A DNA stretch of 64,000 bases from Planctomycetota bacterium (GTDB lineage: Bacteria > Planctomycetota > PLA2 > JAEUHO01). Positions 1 through 9,477 of the stretch are shown here, in pieces. Made by a program: the position numbers and the translations under genes. The stretch covers positions 768,001 through 832,000 of the forward strand of contig CBDCTJ010000007.1 of assembly GCA_965222115.1 (NCBI GenBank), in the 5' to 3' direction. Below the pieces are notes generated by a model that was not told the DNA's origin, ran no database searches, and worked only from the letters and a program-made list of their open reading frames with translations. How positions within the stretch are numbered: the first letter of the stretch is position 1; each line of letters begins with the position of its first letter.

Positions 1-710
1 GTAGTTGGGAACGCTTCCGGCGGTAGCGCGCGCAGCGCTTTCACCATGTCGTGCGTGGCCTGAGCAATGGCTTGACCGTGCCCCGCGATACGCAATCGTT
101 TCACCGATTCAATGCGCTTTAGAAAATCGAGGCTTGAAAGCGCACCTTCTTGCTCGTCACTTCCATGACGTTGAAGACTGAGCGCCTTCTTGAGGAGTTG
201 CTTGTGCGACCCACGGTCTCCTAGGAGTTCGTTGTCGCGAAAGGAGCGCTTGGCCCAGTGGACAGCTTCAAGCAGGTTCTGCCAGGCGACACCCAGTGCC
301 TTGGGCATGGCCTCGCGTGCTTTGGGGAATTCGACGTCGACGGCCGTCGAAAAATACGTTTTTCGAAGGAGCTGCACGGTGCTCAGCAACATGAGGTCGT
401 CGAGACTGCCGGTTCGTGCAGTTTCGTCCCACTGCTTGGCCGCTTTGCCAACTGACAAGGGCTTGGAAAGGGCACGCGCTACGACCGGCAATCGAAATCG
501 GTCGTCGATGGGTTGCTTCTCAAAGCACAAATCCTCACGCGTAGCATTGACCAACGCGAGGCCTTCATCGATTAGCGATTGTTCGTGTTCCGTCCAAAAC
601 GCCGAGGCGGTCTTGGGCGCGCCATCGTCTTTCGCGACAACCGAACTTGGTATGCCAATCGACGCTACTAGTGCAATGGTAAGCGCCCACGAATGCCGTA
701 ACGTTCTCAT
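1..710 (-). CDS. Secreted hypothetical protein, 3' end outside window
   Basis: Read manually: ATG at 710, MRTLRHSWALTIALVASIGIPSSVVAKDDG... (signal-peptide-like), open to position 1; same strand as the upstream efflux cluster. Confidence 0.7.
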   Translation of the reverse strand, partial: MRTLRHSWALTIALVASIGIPSSVVAKDDGAPKTASAFWTEHEQSLIDEGLALVNATREDLCFEKQPIDDRFRLPVVARALSKPLSVGKAAKQWDETARTGSLDDLMLLSTVQLLRKTYFSTAVDVEFPKAREAMPKALGVAWQNLLEAVHWAKRSFRDNELLGDRGSHKQLLKKALSLQRHGSDEQEGALSSLDFLKRIESVKRLRIAGHGQAIAQATHDMVKALRALPPEAFPT

Positions 711-770
711 GGACGCAGGGTACGCGAAGGACGTGAGGAGGGCACATCCTTCGCACGGTCCTTGCGCGCG

Positions 771-1277
771 TTAGTTGTTCTTCGGTAGCGGGAACGAGAC
801 GGTTTGTTTGGTGCCGTCTTCGCTCTCAATCTCAAGCCACACCTTACTGCCTTCGGGTAGCTTCTCAGCAACTTCAATGTGGCCGTGATAGTTGCCTTTC
901 TCCATCCCAAGTTTGGCCTTCATGGCACCCTTGGCCGACTTGTCGCCGACCCAGGTACGCACGGCATGTATGTCACCGCCTTTGATGGCGTACTCAAACA
1001 CCGCTTCTTTGCCTGCTTCGATGTGTCCGAGCACGGCGGCCACGATCGACAGTTTCCCTGTCATGGCCTCACCGAGCACGACCCTTTCGCCGTGTTCATG
1101 GTCTTCGCCGTCTTCGTGATCGTGGTCGTCGTGATCGTGCCCATCATGATCGTGATCGCCGTGTTCGTGTTTGTGATCGCCATCGCCGTGGTCGTGATCG
1201 TCATGCTTGTCATTGCCACAGGCCACGAAAGCGACCATGGCAAATGTCATCAAGAGAAACGAAAAGAAGTGTCTCAT
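771..1277 (-). CDS. His/Asp-rich putative metal-binding lipoprotein
   Basis: Lipobox FVAC followed by HDDHDHGDGDHKHEHGDHDHDGHDHDDHDHE; overlaps the RND permease stop by 4 bp. Confidence 0.8.
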   Translation of the reverse strand: MRHFFSFLLMTFAMVAFVACGNDKHDDHDHGDGDHKHEHGDHDHDGHDHDDHDHEDGEDHEHGERVVLGEAMTGKLSIVAAVLGHIEAGKEAVFEYAIKGGDIHAVRTWVGDKSAKGAMKAKLGMEKGNYHGHIEVAEKLPEGSKVWLEIESEDGTKQTVSFPLPKNN

Positions 1278-4200
1278 GCGTCAAAGTCCTCTGCTAGTTG
1301 CCCCGTCGGTGGATCGTTCGGCTCGTATTCGGAGACTCGGGGCAACCGAGAGCTTCCGCGAAACACCAGCGAGTACCCCGCTGGCACGACGATCAAGTTT
1401 AGAAACGTAGATGAAGTCAATCCGCCCAAGACCACGATGGCCAAGGGCGCCAAAAGTTCGCTGCCCGGTTCACCTGCCGCCATGGCGAGTGGCACAAGGC
1501 CAAGTGCCGCCGTAAGCGCGGTCATAAGAATCGGAACCAGCCTTTGCATGGAGCCCAGCAGAATCGCTTCGTCCAGCGACTTGCCCTCTTTATCCATCAA
1601 GTGGCGGTAGTGATTGACGAGCAAAATGCCGTTACGTACCGCGATCCCAAACAGCGTGACGAATCCCACCATGCTGGCAATCGATATGACAGGCGCCTGA
1701 TAGCGACCTGCGCCCGCCATGCCGAATAGCGCTTTGAGGTTCATGAGGGCCGAGTCGGACTCGCTGATGTAGATCGCTGCAATGCCACCGATCAACGCGA
1801 GAGGCAAGTTGATCATCACCAGGATCGCGGCGCGCCCTGACTTGAGCGCCATGCTCAAGAGCAACAACATGAGTACGGCCACGCCCGCGCCCATGACGTA
1901 AATGGTTCGCGACGCGGACTGTTGTGCTTCAAACTGGCCACCATACTCCACGGTGTAGCCGTGGCGCTCCACGATGGGGCTGACTTCCTTTTGAATCGCC
2001 TGTACTAAGTGGCCAAGGTTGTACCCTTCCGCAACATTTGTTGAGATCACCGCTTTGCGTTGCGCGTTTTGACGAGCAATGAGATTGGACGAGCGTTCCA
2101 AGCCAATGTCGGCCACCTCGTGGAGACGCACAAGCGCGCCGCCCGCGCCGCGCAGCAAGATGTTCTTCACGTGTGCCACGGACTCACGCTGCGATGGGTC
2201 GAGTCGAACCACAATATCGAAGATGCGCACGCCTTCGTTGACTACGGCGACTGATTCGCCGTAGACCGCCGCCTTGACCTGCTCGGCAGCATCAACCGGC
2301 GTAATGCCCCAACGCGCGAGGTCCTCTGGACGATAACGAACTGGAAGCGTGTTGATCATGACTTCACGCTGCGCATTGACGTCGCGCGTGCCGGGAATGG
2401 CCTTGAGCTTGCTCTCAATCTCTTTGGCGATGACGCGCAACGTCGCCAAGTCGTTTCCGAATACGTTGATGGCGACGGCCGCGGGCGTGCCCGACATGAC
2501 GTGTGACAAGCGATGCTCAATCGGCTGCCCCACCATGGTGGTAATACCGGGAATGGCGCTCAGCACCTTGTCGATCTCACGCCGCACGTCGTGGCGATCG
2601 TGCCCGGGTTCCACCGTGACCTCAATTTCGCTGCTGCTAACCGGTTCAGCATGTTCATCGCGTTCGGCACGCCCCGTGCGGCGTACTACCGCGCGCACCC
2701 CCGGAATCTCCTTGAGGCGCACATCCACGCCGCACGCCAGCCGATCACTCTCTTCCAGGGACGTCCCGGGCGGCGCCATCAAAAACACGGTGAACGTGCC
2801 TTCGTTGAACTCAGGCAAGAAACTCGTGCCAAAGGTTCCGGCGAATGCCAGGAACGCGCCGGCGATGCCGAGTGCAAGCACCAGCACCAACACGCGAACA
2901 CGCACCGCAACGCGGAGTATCGGTTCATAGATCGCTTTGAGGAAGCGCACCAAGAAACCGTCGCGGTGACCCCTGAGTGCGAGCTTGCCGCGAAAGAGCT
3001 GTTTGCAGAGCGCGGGCGTTACGGTGAGCGCAACGAGCAGCGACGCGAGGATCGACGTGATGTACATGGATCCCAGCGGCCGGAAGAATCGCCCCTCAAG
3101 CCCCTCCAAGAACAACAACGGGATAAAAACCATCACAATAATGATGGTCGCGAACACGACCGAGCTGCGAATCTCATTGCTGGACTCAAACACCACGTCA
3201 TCAAACGCCTCGCGTCTGGTGAGCGGCAATCGGAGGTTCTGTCTGAGTCTTCGGAAAAAGTTCTCCACGTCGATGATGCTGTCGTCCACGATTTCGCCAA
3301 TGGCAATCGCAAGTCCACCGAGCGTCATCACATTGATGGTGCCACCGCGGCCATGAAGTGCGAGTAACGCGACCGCAATGGAGAGGGGAATCGTAATCAG
3401 TGTGATGATCGTCGCTCGGATGTTGAGCAAGAACATGGCGAGGATGATGGCCACAATGATTGCGGCGTCACGACACACCTCAATCACCTTGTCGAGGCTG
3501 CGGTTGATGAAGTCGGACTGGCGCATCACATGCCGGTTGAGTCGCATGTGTTTAGGCAATCCGCTTTCGACTTGGTCGAGTTTGTTGTCGATTGCGCGCG
3601 TCACAGCGAGCGTGTTGGTGCCGGGTGCTTTCTGAATGCCGAGCACCACGGCGGGTTGACCGCCTTGGGCACCCGTGCCGCGTTTGGGGGCACCCGCGCG
3701 GCGCACATCGGCAACCTGTCCAATTGTGACTGGCGCGCCTTCGTGGTACTTGATGACCGTGTTTGCAATGTCGTGTTTGTTGCGCACGCGTCCGGTCTGC
3801 CGAAGCGGGACTTCAAGCCCTTCGACGTTTCGCAAATAGCCCGCGCCTGCCGTGCTGTGTGTTTTTCGGGCGGCTGTAACCACGTCTTCAATTGCAAGCT
3901 CAAAGAGTTGGAGCTTGGTTTGATCTACGTTGATTTGGTACTCGGGCAGATCGCCACCGATGGGCATGACCTGCGAGACGCCCGGTACCGACAGGAGGTG
4001 GTTGCGAAGGTCAAACTCGCCGTAGGCGCGTAAGTCCATGGGACTGATGTGGGGCGTGCCGCTCTCGTCCACGTCGGAACTGAGCGACATGAGCATGATC
4101 TCGCCCGTAATGCTGCCGACGGGCGTGATGATGGCGTGGACGCCTTCCGGCAAGTTCTCGCTGGCAACGGCCAGTCGCTCGGAGACGAGATAACGCGCCG

Positions 4201-4513
4201 TATAGATTTCGGAGTCCCAATCAAACTCCACCCATACCAGCGAAAGGCCGATGGCGCTGCTGCTCCGCACGCGACGAACACCCGGTAGTCCATTGACGCT
4301 GCTTTCAATCGGAAACGTTACAAACTGTTCGACTTCGTCGGCGGCATAGCCCGGGGCTTCCGTCAAGACAACGACCGTGGGGGCGTTGAGTTCGGGAAAC
4401 ACGTCCACCGGCATGGACTTCACTTGATAGATCGCCGCACCCAAAACGAGCGCCGCCACAACGAGCACCAAGCCCGCGTTGTCAATCGAAAAGCGTAGGA
4501 GTTTGGCTAGCAC
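1274..4513 (-). CDS. CzcA/CusA-family heavy-metal efflux RND permease
   Basis: 1079 aa; MPVDVFPEL N-terminus, TM4 GGLAIAIGEIVDDSIIDVEN, GRAERDEH, RLVPILMTALTAALGLVPL. Confidence 0.95.
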   Translation of the reverse strand: MLAKLLRFSIDNAGLVLVVAALVLGAAIYQVKSMPVDVFPELNAPTVVVLTEAPGYAADEVEQFVTFPIESSVNGLPGVRRVRSSSAIGLSLVWVEFDWDSEIYTARYLVSERLAVASENLPEGVHAIITPVGSITGEIMLMSLSSDVDESGTPHISPMDLRAYGEFDLRNHLLSVPGVSQVMPIGGDLPEYQINVDQTKLQLFELAIEDVVTAARKTHSTAGAGYLRNVEGLEVPLRQTGRVRNKHDIANTVIKYHEGAPVTIGQVADVRRAGAPKRGTGAQGGQPAVVLGIQKAPGTNTLAVTRAIDNKLDQVESGLPKHMRLNRHVMRQSDFINRSLDKVIEVCRDAAIIVAIILAMFLLNIRATIITLITIPLSIAVALLALHGRGGTINVMTLGGLAIAIGEIVDDSIIDVENFFRRLRQNLRLPLTRREAFDDVVFESSNEIRSSVVFATIIIVMVFIPLLFLEGLEGRFFRPLGSMYITSILASLLVALTVTPALCKQLFRGKLALRGHRDGFLVRFLKAIYEPILRVAVRVRVLVLVLALGIAGAFLAFAGTFGTSFLPEFNEGTFTVFLMAPPGTSLEESDRLACGVDVRLKEIPGVRAVVRRTGRAERDEHAEPVSSSEIEVTVEPGHDRHDVRREIDKVLSAIPGITTMVGQPIEHRLSHVMSGTPAAVAINVFGNDLATLRVIAKEIESKLKAIPGTRDVNAQREVMINTLPVRYRPEDLARWGITPVDAAEQVKAAVYGESVAVVNEGVRIFDIVVRLDPSQRESVAHVKNILLRGAGGALVRLHEVADIGLERSSNLIARQNAQRKAVISTNVAEGYNLGHLVQAIQKEVSPIVERHGYTVEYGGQFEAQQSASRTIYVMGAGVAVLMLLLLSMALKSGRAAILVMINLPLALIGGIAAIYISESDSALMNLKALFGMAGAGRYQAPVISIASMVGFVTLFGIAVRNGILLVNHYRHLMDKEGKSLDEAILLGSMQRLVPILMTALTAALGLVPLAMAAGEPGSELLAPLAIVVLGGLTSSTFLNLIVVPAGYSLVFRGSSRLPRVSEYEPNDPPTGQLAEDFDA

Positions 4514-4530
4514 AGGGAATTCCTACACAG

Positions 4531-6066
4531 TTACTCGTGATCGTCGGCATGCCACGTGCCGTCGGCGTGGAAATGGCCACCGGTTTGTTTTGCGCTTCCG
4601 CTGGCGAGCATGAGTTCGTAGACGCCGTGATGAACGATGTCATCGCCCTCCATGACGCCGCTCTCCACGGTCACCCACTTGCCGTCCGACTGACCGAGAT
4701 CGGCCACCACACGAATCACTTTGTCTTTGTCCTTGGGATCGCGACGGAAGAAGATGCGTTCCAATCCATCACGAATCACGCACGCCGTTGGTATTGCGAG
4801 CGATTCACTGGACGTTCCGCCCAGCACCAATTCCATTTCGGTAGAAACACCAGGCCGCGCCCACGTCGGAAGGTCTCCGGTTGGCACGAGCAGCAAATCG
4901 ATCTTGCGCGTGTGTGGATCGGCATCTAGCGAGATGGTGATGGTTCCCTTCAAGCTCGCTTTCGGCGCGATTGCATTGCCACCGGGCGGTAGGACGCGTG
5001 CCGCTAACCCGTCGGAAATGTCCGCAAGGTCGGCTTGCAAGCTACTGCCTCGAAATCGAAGCTTCGTGCGATTGACCGTCTCAATCACGATGTCGCCCAC
5101 ATCTACCCACGCGCCGTCGGTTGCGCCCAAAGACTCAATCACGCCCGAACGCGTGGCACGCACTTCCGCATCGGTGATCATGCGCCACGTTCGCTGGCCG
5201 TCTTGGGTGCGTGCTTGCAGCGTTGCCACATCAACGCCTAGGAGTGAGGCCGCGCGTTGTAACGCGAGATCGGGCGCCCCTTGTTTGGGCGCCGGCAATG
5301 TGACGTTTTCGTGCGTATGCCCGTCGTGGGATTTGATCGAGATCGCTTTCGCCAGTGCAATGCCGTCGGCATAGAGCAGTGGCGTTGTGGAGCGATAGCC
5401 CTCAAGTTCGGCTTGCAGCGCCAACCGTTCTGTGCTGACTTCGGCGCGTTCCTCATGCACTTTGGCCATCGCCGTGAGTACGGCCGCCAACTGGGCGCGC
5501 GCTTCCGTGCGCGCCGTACTCACGCCGCCTCCCGCCGTAGATAGCGACTTGAGTTGTTTGAGTCGATCCTTCCAGACCTTTTCCTCTTCGAGCAAGCGCG
5601 TGCCATGCTCTTCCACCGCATGCGCGCGTATATCCAGGGCGCGAAGTTTCACCGCGTCGGTTCGAATCCGCTGCACCGTATCGGACAGCGATCGTTGCAC
5701 CTCCCGCCATGTGGGTGAGCGAACCACGAAGAGCACGTCACCCGCCTTCACGGATTGGTACTGCTTCACGTGCAGATCAATGTGGCCCGCCAACCTCGTG
5801 TGATAGGCCCGCCGCGCTTCGGGACGCAACTCAAAACGCCCGGGCACGCGCCGCGTACGTTCAATGTGACGCGAGGTGACCTTGGCGAATGTAACGCCCA
5901 GATTGCGGCGTACCGCTGCGGGTACGTCCACGCGATTCGTAATGGGTTTCTCGGGCTCACTATTCGTGTCTTTGGACGTGCGCGGCGGTGGTGACACATC
6001 TGAACCACATGCGGCGAGCATGAGTACACCTAGAAACATGACACCCAATCGAATAACTGGTTTCAT
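4531..6066 (-). CDS. RND periplasmic adaptor (CzcB/CusB-like), lipoprotein
   Basis: Lipobox LAAC, coiled-coil hairpin, lipoyl-like segments, C-terminal GHFHADGTWH; lies between TolC and RND genes. Confidence 0.88.
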   Translation of the reverse strand: MKPVIRLGVMFLGVLMLAACGSDVSPPPRTSKDTNSEPEKPITNRVDVPAAVRRNLGVTFAKVTSRHIERTRRVPGRFELRPEARRAYHTRLAGHIDLHVKQYQSVKAGDVLFVVRSPTWREVQRSLSDTVQRIRTDAVKLRALDIRAHAVEEHGTRLLEEEKVWKDRLKQLKSLSTAGGGVSTARTEARAQLAAVLTAMAKVHEERAEVSTERLALQAELEGYRSTTPLLYADGIALAKAISIKSHDGHTHENVTLPAPKQGAPDLALQRAASLLGVDVATLQARTQDGQRTWRMITDAEVRATRSGVIESLGATDGAWVDVGDIVIETVNRTKLRFRGSSLQADLADISDGLAARVLPPGGNAIAPKASLKGTITISLDADPHTRKIDLLLVPTGDLPTWARPGVSTEMELVLGGTSSESLAIPTACVIRDGLERIFFRRDPKDKDKVIRVVADLGQSDGKWVTVESGVMEGDDIVHHGVYELMLASGSAKQTGGHFHADGTWHADDHE

Positions 6067-6070
6067 TGCA

Positions 6071-7495
6071 TTACCTCGATCTCAACGTGGCGTACGTGGG
6101 CCGTAGGGGTTCGGTCAATGCGCGACGTCTGAGATCGGCTGCTACGTGATCTGCACGTGCGTCCAAGAGTTGTAGTTTCGTATCGAGCACTTTGGCGAGC
6201 GCGTCCGTGAGAATGAGCACATCCATGTCGCCGATCTCTCCGAGCTTCTTCAGTTGCTTGAGCTGTTGATCGGCCAGAGGCGCCACTTCGTTCGAAATCC
6301 ACGTGGCACGTACCGCAGCGGTTTGTGCGTCGGCGTGGGCTTCCGCCAAATCGTGTACAGCTTGTTGATAGCGCGCTTGATAGATCGCGCGAGCGGCGGC
6401 GCGCGTTGCGCACGCCTCCGCAATCGCGCGCTTGTTCTTATTCCAGATTGGTAGGTCAATACCCATGCCGAGGCCCAAGCGGCCAATGCCCTCTTCCGAC
6501 CCCAGCATCGGGCCGAGTTCCAGATCGGGAAAGCGTTTGCTGACTTCGTGTCGAAGCGCGCGATCGGCTTCTACGAACTCGGCCTTGGCCAACAGCACAT
6601 CCACGCTCACGTGTTCGATTTGCGTGCGTTCGGTGGTGGCGTCGCACGTTGCGGGTCGAATCCCCAAATCGGGAACAGCCTGGATAGGCGCTTGGGGCGT
6701 GAGCCCCATCAATCGTTTGAGTCGTAGAAGCTGCCCGCCGGCCTTATGGCGCAGCGCCAAAATTTCGCCTTGACGCGTTTTGGCCTCGAGCTCCAACACG
6801 CGCACTTCGGGAGCGCCGATTTGTTCTGCATCGCGTTGAACCGTGGCGAACTTAACTATCTTGTTCACGCTTTCGCGGTGCGCTTCGATCAAGGCCACGC
6901 GTTCAATGGTCTTACTCCATGCCGCCCACGCCTCGCGCAGCTTCAGCAGCAATTTGCGTTCGGCGACATGAACTTCTCGGATTGCGGTGTTGGCCTTCGC
7001 GAGCGCCTCGAATCGTTCGCCTTCCAGGCGTCCGGCGAGCGGGTAGGTGTAGCTGAGGCCGCCCGCGAGAATCCATGGCGTGTTGATGCCTTCCAAAATC
7101 TGTAGAAGATCAAACTCAAAGCGCGGGTCATCAGGCAGCCCTGCATGACGCGCGCCTGCTTCGGGAATGCGCGCCTTCATACGCGCCGCGCGTAGATCGG
7201 CATTGAGGAACAGGGCAATCGCCTCGGCTTCATCAATGGAAACGCCGTCGGCTACAAGAAATGCAGGAACGCCGATGTGTCCCTGCCCATTCAGTGTGCG
7301 GGCATACTGCAGCGCGCTACCACCGTGAAGTGCCTGTTGGCTCGTTGACTGCCAGCCCGCATCATCGGGCGCTATGTTGGCATCCGGTGCACGATGGATC
7401 GCCGCCGTTTGCCGTGCTGCTTGGCACCCGGTACTTGGCACGATGAATAAAACGAGGCCGCTTATGACCAGAAATCGAACTTGCATGAATGTCAT
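6071..7495 (-). CDS. TolC/CzcC-family outer-membrane efflux protein
   Basis: Two helical OEP repeats, FPDLELG...LPIWNKN motif, operon position. Confidence 0.88.
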   Translation of the reverse strand: MTFMQVRFLVISGLVLFIVPSTGCQAARQTAAIHRAPDANIAPDDAGWQSTSQQALHGGSALQYARTLNGQGHIGVPAFLVADGVSIDEAEAIALFLNADLRAARMKARIPEAGARHAGLPDDPRFEFDLLQILEGINTPWILAGGLSYTYPLAGRLEGERFEALAKANTAIREVHVAERKLLLKLREAWAAWSKTIERVALIEAHRESVNKIVKFATVQRDAEQIGAPEVRVLELEAKTRQGEILALRHKAGGQLLRLKRLMGLTPQAPIQAVPDLGIRPATCDATTERTQIEHVSVDVLLAKAEFVEADRALRHEVSKRFPDLELGPMLGSEEGIGRLGLGMGIDLPIWNKNKRAIAEACATRAAARAIYQARYQQAVHDLAEAHADAQTAAVRATWISNEVAPLADQQLKQLKKLGEIGDMDVLILTDALAKVLDTKLQLLDARADHVAADLRRRALTEPLRPTYATLRSR

Positions 7496-7552
7496 CCGAC
7501 GCAGAAGAACCCAAGAACCAACCGTGTCCCCATCAAGGGGTTCTTGGATGCG

Positions 7553-7981
7553 TTAGACGATCAATAAATCAAAACGAGCGAGCGGACCCTCGCGCGCAGG
7601 CGGATCACCGCGGCACGACGGAAACGTCGTGCGGCTCTCCTCCCCCATCAGGTCCTTGGCGTTGGGGACCACGATGGATGCAATCGTGAGTGGAAGGATC
7701 AGAGCGGTAACCGTGCCGATCGTGGAAGACTCCACATCGATCAATGTGTGCTCACCCTCGCCGTGAGGATTTGAATGGTCGTGAGGGTTTGAGTGATCGT
7801 CTTCGTGATGGTGCGTGTGACTGTGCACGTCATGTGTGTACGAATGCGCACCTTCGCACTCATGCTCCGCAAACTGAAGCACGGAGAATCGTTCACTCCC
7901 GTGCGACGTGGTACAGGCCACTGCAGGCAATTGCATCATGGCCCACGAGAGGCACAGGAATAGGGTCGCGGCGCGGTTCAT
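7553..7981 (-). CDS. Small His-rich exported protein at head of the metal-efflux operon
   Basis: Signal-like N-terminus; HSYTHDVHSHTHHHEDDHSNPHDHSNPH; RGDPP-like C-terminus; start may lie at 8029. Confidence 0.6.
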   Translation of the reverse strand: MNRAATLFLCLSWAMMQLPAVACTTSHGSERFSVLQFAEHECEGAHSYTHDVHSHTHHHEDDHSNPHDHSNPHGEGEHTLIDVESSTIGTVTALILPLTIASIVVPNAKDLMGEESRTTFPSCRGDPPAREGPLARFDLLIV

Positions 7982-8048
7982 CGGAGCCGCGACTATGACA
8001 CAGAGCGTCGGGCAAGGCAAGAACGTCAATCGGGAAGCTGACGGCGGA

Positions 8049-9380
8049 CTACCGAACCTTCAGGTCTACAAAGGCTGAATACGCCGCGGCGTCGCCCCGC
8101 CGCCATGCGGTTTCCAAGGCACGCTCGGCGTCGGGTTTTAGCGACTTGAGCGTCTTCGTTTTGTCATTTAACGTGACCTTGAGGGGCTTGTCGAAGTCGA
8201 GCATGGCCGAGTTCAAGTGGAGCGAAAGCGATGTGCATCCGGTGGCCTCAACGGTGATGTGTTGGTTCTTGATGGATGCGTGGATGCGACAGGGCGCCCC
8301 CCAAGGATTGAACTCTTTAGCGCGAATGCCTTCGACGCCCACCCAGTGACACCAGGGACGCTCGCCGCTGACGAAGTGATGTTCAACCGTCTCGGGCGAA
8401 GGGTTGCGCCGTTGCTTCATGACTTCCGGCCAGATCTCTTTGAAACGAACAAAGACGCCCTTCATGTGCGTGCCGCCCTGGGTTGGACGAAAGTCCACCG
8501 GTGCGCCCATGTTCTCTAGGCTTTCCGCCGCCTGCTTGGCCTGCGCGAACGGACAGGTGGGATCGTTCGTCCCGTGCAGAATAAAGGTCGGCGTTTGCTT
8601 GAGATTGATCAACAACTTGCGCACGTGCCATGCCACCGCGCCCACGGGTGCGATCGCCGCAAAACGATCGGGCGCGTGCTGGCCCAACCACCACGTCCAA
8701 AATCCCGTTTGCGAAATGCCCTGCACATAAATGCGATTGGAATCGACGGGGTATCGCAGGCACGCGTCGCGTACGCAGTCGAGCAGCAGCGTGGACAGCG
8801 TGTCCATCGTGGGTCCTTGGCTAGCTTTTCCGGATTTTCTCGGCGGCGTCGTGTAAGCCTTGTAACGACCCTCATCTTCCAGGCGGTCCAGTACGCGCGT
8901 TCGAATGTAGATCACGTCTTTCGTAGCGCCCGCAATTCGAAGCCAGTTTTCCATGCCCGAGGCGATCTTCTTGTTGTCGTTCTTGCGCCATGACGAATGG
9001 CCCACATCGAGCACCAATGGAACAAGCCCTTTAGATGGCCGTTTCTTTGGCATCCACACGGAGTAGGTCCACGACTCGCCGCCCGAGGTATACGACACGT
9101 CGTGTGTGAAACCACCTTTCCATCGATCGCCCGGCAACGCACGTGCGATGGTGGTCTCCAACGCTTCAGCGCTCAGGCCTTCGGCCGCCTGTTTGTGTTT
9201 CTTGTAGATCGTGGCGCGTTTCTTCTCATTGGGTTCGCGCAAGTACGCTGCGAACGCCTTTACAAGTGCCGGGGACGCCTGACTTGTGCCTTCGCTGTCC
9301 TTCGCGTAGAGCCGCGTTTGGATCGCGCAGAGGGCGACGAGCGCCAGTGAAACAGTCAATCGGTGGTGTCGGGGCATCAT
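8049..9380 (-). CDS. Secreted alpha/beta-hydrolase (esterase/peptidase-like)
   Basis: Signal peptide; VDSNRIYVQGISQTG, PDRFAAIAP, HGTNDPTC, GGTH give a Ser-Asp-His triad layout. Confidence 0.8.
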   Translation of the reverse strand: MMPRHHRLTVSLALVALCAIQTRLYAKDSEGTSQASPALVKAFAAYLREPNEKKRATIYKKHKQAAEGLSAEALETTIARALPGDRWKGGFTHDVSYTSGGESWTYSVWMPKKRPSKGLVPLVLDVGHSSWRKNDNKKIASGMENWLRIAGATKDVIYIRTRVLDRLEDEGRYKAYTTPPRKSGKASQGPTMDTLSTLLLDCVRDACLRYPVDSNRIYVQGISQTGFWTWWLGQHAPDRFAAIAPVGAVAWHVRKLLINLKQTPTFILHGTNDPTCPFAQAKQAAESLENMGAPVDFRPTQGGTHMKGVFVRFKEIWPEVMKQRRNPSPETVEHHFVSGERPWCHWVGVEGIRAKEFNPWGAPCRIHASIKNQHITVEATGCTSLSLHLNSAMLDFDKPLKVTLNDKTKTLKSLKPDAERALETAWRRGDAAAYSAFVDLKVR

Positions 9381-9477
9381 TCCTCCAGTTTAGACCGAGG
9401 CTTCTTGGACCTCTCCGCGTGCGCAACCGATCCCCATGGATAGGTCTAACACCTCCGCGGAGACCGCGTCCAAACCC

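Noticed and set aside
190-774. 194-aa + strand ORF
   Set aside because: Antisense shadow of a more plausible signal-peptide ORF on the - strand (710 to 1)
1090-1210. Repeated GTGATC/GTCGTG units
   Set aside because: Low-complexity His/Asp codons of the lipoprotein, not an array
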